From the NCBI GenBank assembly GCA_963743525.1, contig CAVUQH010000003.1, positions 1,024,001-1,088,000 of the forward strand: a DNA stretch of 64,000 nt. Direction: 5' to 3'. Within the stretch, counting starts at the first letter, position 1. Every line of letters starts with the position of its first letter. Shown here piece after piece: positions 53,486 through 64,000 of the stretch. Origin of the DNA: an uncultured delta proteobacterium. Its GTDB lineage: Bacteria; Myxococcota_A; Polyangia; Haliangiales; Haliangiaceae. The position numbers and the translations under genes were made by a program. Under the pieces are notes generated by a model that saw only the letters and a list, made by a program, of their open reading frames with translations, was not told the origin of the DNA and searched no databases.

Positions 53486-55301
53486 ATGGCCGCGACGACC
53501 GACCAACGAGAAGCTCAAGGCCTGGGTCGACGAGTGGGCGGAGATCTTCCAGCCCGACGCCATCGAGTGGTGCGACGGCTCCGACGAGGAGTGGGACCGG
53601 CTGACCAGCCTGCTGGTCGAGCAGGGCTCGTTCACCCGCCTCGACGACGCCAAGCGGCCCAACAGCTTCCTGTGCAACTCCGACCCGGCCGACGTGGCCC
53701 GGGTCGAGGACCGCACCTTCATCTGCTCCGAGCGAGGAGATCGACGCCGGCCCCACCAACAACTGGCGGGCGCCGGCGGAGATGAAGGAAGAGGTGCTCG
53801 GCCTTCTACCGGGGCGCCATGCGGGGCCGCACGATGTACGTCGATGCCCTTCTCGATGGGCCCGCTCGGCTCGCCCATCGCCCACATCGGCGTGCAGCTC
53901 ACCGACTCGCGCCTACGTGGTCGTCAACATGCGGATCATGACCCGCATGGGCCAGGGCGCCCTCGACGTGCTCGGCGACGGCGAGTGGGTCCGCTGCCTG
54001 CACTCGGTCGGCTACCCGCTGGTGCTCGCCGACGGCACCGACGCGACCCGACGTCGCCTGGCCCTGCGACGCCGACAACAAGTACATCTGCCACTTCCCC
54101 GAAGACCGCGAGATCTGGTCCTACGGCTCCGGCTACGGCGGCAACGCCCTGCTGGGCAAGAAGTGCTTCGCCCTGCGCATCGCCTCGACCATGGCCCGCG
54201 ACGAGGGCTGGATGGCCGAGCACATGCTCATCGTCGGCGTGACCCCGCCCGACGGCGAGAAGCGCTACATCGCCGCCGCGTTCCCGTCGGCCTGCGGCAA
54301 GACCAACATGGCCATGCTGGTCCCGACCCTGCCCGGCTGGAAGGTCGAGACCGTCGGCGACGACATCGCCTGGATGAAGTTCGGCGACGACGGCCGGCTC
54401 TACGCCATCAACCCCGAGGCCGGCTTCTTCGGCGTGGCGCCGGGCACCAGCGAGGACACCAACCCCAACGCGCTGCGCTCGGTCGACGCCAACTCCATCT
54501 TCACCAACGTCGCCAAGACCGACGACGGCGACGTCTGGTGGGAGGGCCTGACCGAGCCGCCGGCCCACCTGATCGACTGGAAGGGCAACGACTGGACGCC
54601 CGACGTCCGACGCGCCGGCCGCCCACCCCAACGCCCGGTTCACCGCCCCGGCGTCGCAGTGCCCGTCCATCGCCCCCGAGTGGGAGGACCCGGCCGGCGT
54701 GCCGATCTCGGCCATCCTCTTCGGCGGTCGCCGGGCCACCAACGTCCCGCTGGTCACCGAGGCCTTCGACTGGCAGCACGGCACCTTCCTCGGCTCGATC
54801 ATGAGCTCGGAGAAGACGGCAGCCGCGGCCGGCACGGTCGGCGAGGTCCGCTTCGACCCCTTCGCCATGCTGCCCTTCATGCGGCTACAACGCCGGCGAC
54901 TACATGCAGCACTGGCTCGACATCGGCGACGGCGACCGACGCCGACAAGCTGCCCCAAGCTGTTCTGGGTCAACTGGTTCCGCAAGGGCGAGGACGGCTC
55001 GTTCCTGTGGCCCGGCTTCGGCGACAACAGCCGGGTGCTCAAGTGGGTCCTCGAGCGCCTCGACGGGACGGCCGACGCCGTCGAGACCGCCATCGGCCGG
55101 GTGCCCACGCCGAGCTCGCTCGACACCGAGCGGCCTCGACATCGACGCCGGCCGTCCTCGACGAGCTGCTCGCCGGTCGACAACGAGTCGTGGCGCCAGG
55201 AGATCCCGCTCATCGAGGCGCACTTCGACTTCATCGGCGAGCGCCTGCCCGAGCGAGCTGCCGACCAGCTCGACGACCTGGAGAAGCGCCTGAGTAGCTG
55301 A
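53486..55301 (+). CDS. pckG: GTP-dependent phosphoenolpyruvate carboxykinase (frameshifted)
   Basis: [48 protein letters not shown]. Confidence 0.96.
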
Positions 55302-55343
55302 GTCATTGGAGCGTTCTCGCTCCTTGGTCGCGGTGTGAAAACA

Positions 55344-55381
55344 GCGATCGGGCCCCCGCTCGTGAGCGGGGGCCCGATCGC
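55344..55381. terminator. Strong hairpin after pckG (possibly bidirectional)
   Basis: gcgatcgggcccccgctc-gt-gagcgggggcccgatcgc, an 18-bp perfect inverted repeat between convergent genes. Confidence 0.75.
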
Positions 55382-55445
55382 ATTTCCGGCGGACCCAGGC
55401 GGACAGGAAGCCGTGGTCCGGTGGTTCCCTCCCGGGGGAGGTTCG

Positions 55446-55715
55446 TCAGCTGTGGCGGGAAGGAAGGGGGAGCAGACCGACCTGGCGGCAGCGGTCGGCG
55501 AGCTCGGCGAGCGCACCGACGTACTGGTCGCGGTCGAGAGCGCCGGCGAGGTACTCCTCGCGCAGGTCGAGGAACATGCCTTCGACGAGCAGGTCGACGA
55601 GTTGCTCGAACAACCGGTCGTGGAGCTCGTCGTCGGCGTCGATGAGTTGGATGGTGCCCAGGATGTCGTCCTGCTCGGCGTTCACCCGGTGCACCAAGCG
55701 CTCGTGTGCGTCCAT
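55446..55715 (-). CDS. Small acidic hypothetical protein
   Basis: MDAHERLVHRVNAEQDDILG...; typical high-GC codon usage. Confidence 0.6.
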   Translation of the reverse strand: MDAHERLVHRVNAEQDDILGTIQLIDADDELHDRLFEQLVDLLVEGMFLDLREEYLAGALDRDQYVGALAELADRCRQVGLLPLPSRHS

Positions 55716-55853
55716 GACCGAGGGTTCGCCGCGCACCCGACCACCTCCTTCCCTACCGATCGCGATTCCTGCACGATCGACGGGCCCCGGCGCGTCCGGG
55801 GGCCGACCGCTTAGGATCGCCCCAGCCGGTGAAGCGAACGAAGGGGTTCTGCG

Positions 55854-56090
55854 ATGGCAGTCAGCGCGTACATCCTCATCCAGACCGAGGTGGGCAAGGC
55901 CGCCGAGGTCGCGTCCGCCGTGGGTCAGCTCGAGGGCGTCACCACCGCCGAGGACGTCACCGGCCCCTACGACGTCATCGCTCGTGCCGAGGCCGAAGAC
56001 GTCGACCAGCTCGGCCGGATGGTGATCAGCCGCGTGCAGATCATCAGCGGCATCACCCGCACGCTCACCTGCCCGGTGGTGCACGTCTGA
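55854..56090 (+). CDS. Lrp/AsnC ligand-binding domain protein
   Basis: AYILIQTEVGKA...VTGPYDVIA...GITRTLTCPV. Confidence 0.9.
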   Translation: MAVSAYILIQTEVGKAAEVASAVGQLEGVTTAEDVTGPYDVIARAEAEDVDQLGRMVISRVQIISGITRTLTCPVVHV

Positions 56091-56930
56091 GCATCTCGGC
56101 GTCGCCGAGCACGTAGCGACCGGGCCCCACCCGGTAGGCCGGCGCCACGTCGGCGGGCACGACGTCGGCGCCGCGCTCGTCGATGGCGCGGACCTCCAGG
56201 GCCACCGCTCCCCCGCTGCTGTCCACGATCAACGACGCCTCGGCCGCCGTCTTGGCCAGGCGGGCGATGAGCTCCTGGGCGATCGACAGCGTCCGGACGG
56301 CATCGGCGACGGGCACCGGGTCGCTGCCCCGCCACTCGAGCTCGATGGCGGCACCGGCTTCTTCTCGGGCGGCGTCGACCTCGATCTCGACGGCCGTGCG
56401 CAACTCGTCGTCGGTGTCCTCGAGCGGTGACGGCATGCCCGGCGAGGGGCAGACGCTGACTTCCCAGGTGCGCTGGACATCGGCGAGCGCCAGCGACCAC
56501 AGCTCGGCCAGCTTGGCCTCGCCGCCGCCCGCCAACGCGCCCTCGGCAGCGGCCAGCTCCTCTTCGAGCCGGTCGCGCTCGGCCAGGGTCGACTGCTGGG
56601 CGGCTTCGGCCGCCGCCCTGGCCTCGGCTTCCTGTTGCATGCGCTTGGCGACCTCGGCGGCGTCGCGCTTGGCCCGGCTCGCCCGTTCGAGCGCGTCGTC
56701 GCGCTCCTTGGCCGTCGCCGCAGCGGATGCCTCGGCGGCGCGAGCGGCCACCTCGGCGCGCTCGTGCGCCTGCCGGGCTTCGTGGAGCTGCTCGGTCAGA
56801 GAGGCGACCTCGGCCCGGCGCGCGCCGTGGTGAACGCCAGTACGGCGGCGACCACGGCAAGGGCGATGGCGACGAACAGCACCGCGGCGAATGTAGTGAC
56901 CGGCTCCGACGCCGGCGGGGCACCGGGCGG
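56065..56930 (-). CDS. Membrane-anchored coiled-coil hypothetical protein (start approximate)
   Basis: N-terminal hydrophobic segment, Ala/Glu/Arg coiled coil, globular C-terminus. Confidence 0.55.
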
Positions 56931-56979
56931 AGCAACCACAAGAGCGCAGCCCGCGGACGACGTCCGAGGGTGTAGCGGC

Positions 56980-57349
56980 TCAGGCCGGGTGGCGGAACTG
57001 CATGGACCGCAGGGCCAGCCCCATCAGGAACAGGCCACCGAAGCCGTACAGCAGGTAGCGGTAGGCGGCCAGCTGGGCTCGGTAGCTGTAGATGATGCCC
57101 ACCGTGGCCACGGCGACGAAGCCGTAGAACAGGTGCATCTGGTCGGGGTCGATGTCGACCTCGGACAGGGCGGCCACGCCGAGCGCCACCTGGCACGAAG
57201 ATCGAGATCTGGACCACGGCGATGGCGATCCACAGCGCCCGCACCCGCAGCGGCTCGATCCAGTGCGCCGCCAACGCCCAGACGCCGGCGGCGGCGTTGC
57301 CGACGATGACGAACCAGGCGAAGTCGGCGTGGAGGTCGCGCCAGAGCAC
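56980..57349 (-). CDS. Small integral membrane protein (frameshifted)
   Basis: Four hydrophobic segments; HLFYGFVA, LLYGFGGLFLMGL. Confidence 0.7.
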
Positions 57350-57359
57350 GGCGCGGTGA

Positions 57360-57699
57360 TCAGTCGCCGGTGCCGGACGAGCCGCCCGCCACCTCGTAGC
57401 TCCACAGCTCGGACGCTCACCGAGACCGGGGCCCCGGAGTCGGTCGGCTTGTCGGCACCGCGGTGGCCGTGGGCGAAGCCGGGCGAGCTCACCCAGGCGT
57501 CGAAGGACTCCTGGTCGGCCCAGCGGGTGACGACGAGCCACGTGTTGCGGTCGTCGGTCGGCTTGAGCAGCTCGAAGCCCTCGAAGCCGGGCTGGTCGTC
57601 GACCGCGCCGGCACGAGCGGCGAAGCGCTTGGCGAGCTCGTCGCCGGAGCCCTCGGGAACGGTGATGGCGTTGATCTTGATGACGGTCACGGTGGCCAT
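57360..57699 (-). CDS. mhuD: ABM-family monooxygenase, MhuD-like heme-degrading enzyme
   Basis: VIKINAITVP...LAKRFAARAGAVDDQPGFEGFELL...VTRW...FDAW...H closely resembles mycobacterial MhuD. Confidence 0.72.
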
Positions 57700-57719
57700 C
57701 CTGTCTGTTGCCGGGTGGC

Positions 57720-58563
57720 TCAGGCCAGACGCCCCGGATCGTGTGCGGCGGCCGGCCCGAGCAGCCAGTCGTCGGCGTCGTTCACCGGTACGCCATGGGT
57801 GCGGATGAACCACTCCTGCCCGAACGCGCGGGCGAAGGCCTCGTCGGGCAGCGACAGGAAGAAGCTGTCGTCGGGGATCTGCGAGGCGTGGGCCGCCATC
57901 GACGCCCGCTTGGCCACCAGCCACGGGCCCACATCGACGGTGGTGGTGATGATCGACTCGGGCGACCCGAAATCGGGGTCCTCGGTGACGTCGGGCGTGT
58001 CGGGATCGCCACCGGGGACGTCGACGTCGCCGGCGGCCACCGCTTCCTCCATCACCCGCCGGATGTGGTCGCGGTTCATGGTGGCCTCGAAGACCGCCGG
58101 CGTGCCGGCCAGCTCGGCCGCCCGGTGACCCACCCGGTGGACCTGGATGTGGTCGGGGTGGCCGTAGCCGCCGTGGTCGTCGTAGACGGTGAGCACGTCG
58201 GCGGCCTCCTCGCGTCGAGGATCGCCGCCAGCGCCGGGCCGCGGCCTCGTCGACGTCGGCCTGCCAGAAGCAGGCGGGGTCGTCGTTGGTGGCCTCGCCC
58301 ATCATCCCGCGAGTCGCGGTAGCCGAGGAACTCGACCCGCTGGACGCCGAGCACCTCGGCCGACGCCGCCGTCTCCTGCTCTCGCCGCTGCGGCGAGCGC
58401 CTCGCCCTGGTCGAGGAACCCGTCGTCCACCTCGCCGCGCTCGCCCCGGGTGGCGAACACCAGCACGACCCGGTGGCCCTCGGCGGCCGCGCTGGGCCAG
58501 CGTGCCGCCCGTCGCGATCGACTCGTCGTCGGGGTGGGCGTGGAAGGAGACGAGGGTCGCCAT
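57720..58563 (-). CDS. PIG-L family deacetylase (Mca/MshB-like; frameshifted)
   Basis: FHAHPDDES, GYRDS, YDDHGGYGHPDHIQVH, AHASQI. Confidence 0.9.
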
Positions 58564-58589
58564 GCGCCCGGAGGCGTACCGGCGAGCGC

Positions 58590-59746
<1,157 letters not shown>

Positions 59747-59785
59747 GGGGTGGTGTGATCCTTCCGTGGTGTGTCGGTGCGGTGG

Positions 59786-60696
59786 TCAGGCGGCGCTGGC
59801 GTCGCGGCGCGGTCGGTGGCTCGGCGATGGCGTCGATGATCCGCGGCCAGAGCGGCCGGGGCAGGTCGTGGCCCATGCCCTCGATCTCGAGGAGCGTCGG
59901 CGCCCGGCACGGCCTCGGCCGTGCGGCGCCCGCCGCCGGGCGTCACGAGCGTGTCGGCGTCGCCGTGGATGACGGTGAAGGGCACGGTCGACCGGCCGCA
60001 GCGCTTCGGTCCGGCTGCCGCGAGGCCGACGATGGCCACGAACTGGCGCGCCACGCCGGCCGGGTTGGAACCCGGTTCCACTCGCGCCGGCCCGCGGCCG
60101 CGGCCGCATCCGGGTCTCGGTAGGCGGGGCTGCCCCACGATGGCCTCGGCTGCCGTCGCGGCCTCGACGGCTTCGGCCTCGGTCGGTGGCCGGCGGCGGC
60201 AGCAGCGCGGCCGCATGGCCTCGGGCGTGGGCTGGCCGACGTCCGGGTCGCCGGTGGTCGACATGATCGACGTGACCGACCGGACGCGCGCCGGGCTGCT
60301 CGATGGCCATGGTCTGCACGATCATGCCGCCCATCGAGGCGCCGACGACGTGGGCCGGCGTCGATGCCCGAGCGCGTCGAGCAGGCCGGCGGCGTCGGCG
60401 GCCATGTCGGACGAGCGTGTAGGGCGCATCGACCGGCTCGCCCGGCAGCGGCTGCCGCCATCAGCCGCCATCGACGTCGACGGTCGGCGTCGATGTGGGT
60501 GGACCGACCGACGTCGCGGTTGTCGAAGCGCACGACGCGGTAGCCCGCGGTCGACGAGCGCGTCGAAGAACCCCACGTCCCAGCTGATCATCTGGGCGCC
60601 GAGGCCCATGACCAGCAGCAGCGGCTCGCCGTCGTCGGGACCGCGCACCTCGGCGCAGATGTCGATGCCGTTCACGTGATGGATGGTCTCCCCCAT
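59786..60696 (-). CDS. Alpha/beta hydrolase (frameshifted)
   Basis: [42 protein letters not shown]. Confidence 0.88.
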
Positions 60697-60792
60697 GCAC
60701 CGATGCTTGCCCGGTGGGCTTCGCCCCCGTGCACCCTCGAAAAGCCGCGCGACACGCGCTCGAGCACCCCGCACGGCGGTTACGTTCCGGGC

Positions 60793-61803
60793 ATGGTGGA
60801 CCCTGCCCTCGTGCGTGCCTTCGCCCCCGGCCGGGTGAACCTGATCGGCGACCACACCGACTACACGGGCGGGCTGGTGCCTGCCCATGGCGGTCACGAT
60901 GGGGACCACGGTCACGGGCCGGCGCGGTCGGCGACCGGATCCGCCTGCACTCCCGGGGCCACGACGGGTCGGCCGACCTCGCCCTGCCGGTGACGACCCG
61001 GCGGCGGTCCGCCCGCCGTGGGCTCGCTACGTGGCCGGCGTGGTCGCGGAGATCGACCCGGCCGGCGGCTTCGACGGGACCGTCACCAGCGATCTCCCCG
61101 TCGGGCGCCGGGCTCTCGTCGTCGGCCGCCCTCGAGGTGGCGGTGGCGCTCGCGCTCGGGTTCGAGGGCTCCGACCTGGAGCTCGCCCGTCGGTGCCAGG
61201 CGGCCGAGCAGCGGGCCTCGGGCGTGCCGTGCGGCATCCTCGACCAACTCTCCTCCGTCGGCGGCGTGGAGGGGCACGCCCTCGTCATGGACTGCACCAC
61301 GCTGAGCCTCGACCCGGTGCCCGTGCCCGACGATCTCGAGGTGGTCGTCGTCCACTCCGGACAGGACCGGGCGCTGGCCGACAGCGCCTACGCCGACCCG
61401 CCGGGCCGAGTGCGAGGCCGCCCAGGACGTCGTCGGCCCGCTCCGCGACGCCACGGTCGACGATCTCGGCGCCCTCGACGACCTGGTGCTGCGACGTCGG
61501 GCCCGCCACGTGATCACCGAGAACCAGCGGGTCGGCTCGGCGGCCGAGGCACTGCGCGCCGGCGACCGGGTCGGACTGGGCGAGCTGTTCGTGGAGAGCC
61601 ACCGGTCGCTGCGCGACGACTTCGAGTGCTCCACCCCCGTGGTCGACGCACTGGTCGAGCGGCTCGCCACCACGCCCGGGGTCTTCGGTGCCCGCATGAC
61701 CGGTGGTGGCTGGGGCGGCTGTGTGGTGGCCGTGGCCGAGCCCGGCGCGCTCGACGAGGGCTGGCGGGTGCGCCCGGGCGCCGGCGCCCGGCTGCTCACC
61801 TGA
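60793..61803 (+). CDS. galK: Galactokinase (frameshifted)
   Basis: APGRVNLIGDHTDY, GAGLSSSAALE, CGILDQ, GARMTGGGWGG. Confidence 0.92.
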
Positions 61804-61865
61804 TTCCGGGGTGCAGCGCCCGCGCCAGGTGCGGTCCGGCGCGGCCCGGAGCGAGAACGGAGCGG

Positions 61866-62494
61866 TCAGCTGCCGAGGAGCCGGGACTTCTGGGCGGCGA
61901 ACTCGGCCTCGCTGAGCACGCCGTCGCGGCGCAACCGGTCGAGCTTCTCCAGCTCGTCGGCCACCGAGACGGCCGGCGCCGGGGTCGAGGGCTGGCGGCC
62001 GATCCGGTCGAACTTGCGGTTCTCGTTGGCCTCGATCTGGCGGTAGATCTCGTTCTGCACGGCCGACGGCTTGCGGACGTCGGAGAACGCCTGGCGCCCG
62101 CTCTCGCCCGCCGACTCGATCACCAGGTCGCCGGCGCCGAGGATGCGCTCGCAGAGCGACTGGCGAGAAGAGGACGTTGTTGACCCGGTCGAGGGGGATC
62201 TCGATGCCGTGCTTGGTGACCACACCGCTGCGGTAGATCAGCCGGTCGGTGGTGACCACGAAGTTGATGTTCGACCAGGCCAGGTAGCGCATCCCCCACC
62301 ACACGAGCGCGGCCAGGATGAGCACGCCGGCCAGGATCTGCACGATCCCGTTGTCGATGCTGGCCAGCACCACGGCACCCACGACGATGGCGGCGACCAG
62401 CGCCCCGGTCTGCTTGGCCAGGAACCACCAGTGCGGGTGCAGGTCGAGGACGATGTCCTCGCTCGTCGTTCAGCAGCTTCCGCGGGAAGGCCAC
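61866..62494 (-). CDS. bPH_2 (PH domain) membrane protein with SHOCT tail (frameshifted)
   Basis: Two TMs, FVVTTDRLIYRSGV, EIPLDRVNNV, ADELEKLDRL...EAEFAAQK. Confidence 0.82.
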
Positions 62495-62534
62495 GCCTCG
62501 ATCGTAATCCCGGCCCCGACCCGACGGGGGCGGA

Positions 62535-62886
62535 TCAGGCCCAGCCCAGCTCGTGCAACCGGTCGTCGTCGATGCCGAAGTGGTGGGCCAGCTCGTGGAC
62601 GACGGTGATGCGCACCTGCTCGACCACCTCGTCCTCGGTGTCGCAGATGGCGCAGATCGGGCAACCGGAAGATGGTGACCTGGTCGGGCATCACCGGTCC
62701 GCCGGCGCCGTAGTCGCCGCGGGCCGTGAGGGGCACACCCTCGTACAGGCCGAGCAGGCCGCCGGTGGGTCGACCCGTCCGGACACGGATCATCACGTTG
62801 TCGAGTCCGGCGGCGAGCGGCTCGGGCAGCTCGTCGAGCGCGGCGGCGACCAGCGCCTCGAAGCGCTCGAGGTCGATCTCCACCAT
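62535..62886 (-). CDS. Minimal zincin metallopeptidase (DUF1025; frameshifted)
   Basis: LLGLYEGVPLT, PDQVTIFR, VVHELAHHFGIDDDRL. Confidence 0.88.
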
Positions 62887-62940
62887 GGCCCGACACTACG
62901 TCCCGTCCGGACCCGCCGAGGCCCTCTACCCTCGCGGCCG

Positions 62941-64000
62941 ATGGATCCCGACGCGGCGCTGTCCGGACTCGACGACGACCAGCGTCGCGCCGTGCCGTCC
63001 GATGCCACCCCGTTGGCCGTCATCGCGCCGGCGGGTTCGGGCAAGACCAGGGTGCTCACCGCCCGCGTCGCCCACCGGATCGCCACCGGCGAGATCGAGC
63101 CCGCCCACGTCCTGTGCGTGACCTTCACCCGCAAGGCCGCCGACGAGCTGCGCTCGCGCCTGCACCGCCTGGGCATCCGTGACCGCATCGAGGCCGGCAC
63201 CTTCCACGCCGTCGCCTGGCAGCAGCTCGCGCGACCGCTGGGCGGCACAGGGTCGGCCCGCGCCGCACCTGCTCGATCGGGTGCGTCCGTTCCTGCGCGA
63301 CCAGCTCGAGGTCACCGCGCCGGCCGAGCTCACCGAGCTGTCGGCCGAGCTCGTCCTGGGCACGGGCGCGCCGCATCCGACCCGACGACTACGAGGCGTC
63401 AGCCGCGCGCCGCCGGACGTCGCACGCGCAAGCCCGCGGCCTGGGTCGCCGACCGCTACCGCGGCCTACGAGCTGGCCAAGTCACGGCGCCACGTCGTCG
63501 ACTTCGACGACCTGCTCGCCGCGTGTACGGCCGCCATCGAGGGTGACGCAGGGTTCGCCGCCGCCCAGCGCTGGCGGTTCCGGCACCTCTTCGTCGACGA
63601 GTTCCAGGACGTCAACCCGCTCCAGTTCCAGCTGCTCGAGGCGTGGCGCGGCGATCGTTGGGATGTGTTCGTGGTGGGCGACACCCATCAGTCGATCTAC
63701 GGCTGGAACGGTGCCGAACCCCGCCTGCTCGACGAGCTGAGCGATCGCTGGCCGGCGCTGGAGACGATCCACCTCAACCGGACGCACCGTTCTTCGCCCC
63801 AGGTCACGGCGGCGGCGGCATCGGTCATCCGCGCGGCGGGGCTCCCCGACCGGCACCCCGAGTCCAGCGGCCCGCCGGGCCCGCCGGCGCTGCTGTTCGC
63901 CCACGCCGACGAGGTCGCCGAGGTCGACGCCATCGCCCGGGCCATCCGACGCCGGCGCGGACCCGATCGCACCTGGCGCGACTTCGCCGTGCTCGTCCGC
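62941..64000 (+). CDS. UvrD/PcrA-family helicase (partial, frameshifted)
   Basis: APAGSGKTRVL, TFTRKAA, TFHA, VDEFQD, VGD..QSIYGW. Confidence 0.92.

Overview
The window appears to contain two different genomes joined at about 31,345. Bases 1-31,345 are high-GC Myxococcota-type DNA with mostly intact reading frames. They encode nfo, two orphan N6-adenine DNA methyltransferases, an amino-sugar/ABC-transporter cluster, PilZ and cNMP-binding proteins, a zinc-ribbon/TPR protein, a large TPR protein, a LuxR-FMO pair, SppA, a Cys-rich surface protein, a HAD hydrolase and a truncated amidase. Bases ~31,345-64,000 are actinobacterial, probably Acidimicrobiia, and are mostly housekeeping genes with many single-base indels: moxR-DUF58-VWA, ALDH, an esterase, DAK2-recG-rsmD-coaD-yceD-rpmF-plsX-acp-rnc-mutM-smc, pckG, Lrp, an MhuD-like protein, a PIG-L deacetylase, a CoA-transferase, galK and uvrD. 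The best candidate for new biology is the Cys-rich ORF at 24,429-27,728, which sits behind a sigma54-type promoter. It carries an internal MYXO-CTERM-like sorting tag fused in frame to a second lipoprotein signal peptide, so it looks like a polyprotein for two surface proteins. The second candidate is an Fpg/MutM homolog that has lost its catalytic and intercalating residues but kept its DNA-binding modules. No rRNA, tRNA, CRISPR array or transposase was recognised. All family assignments come from motifs recognised by eye, and coordinates in the indel-rich half are approximate.
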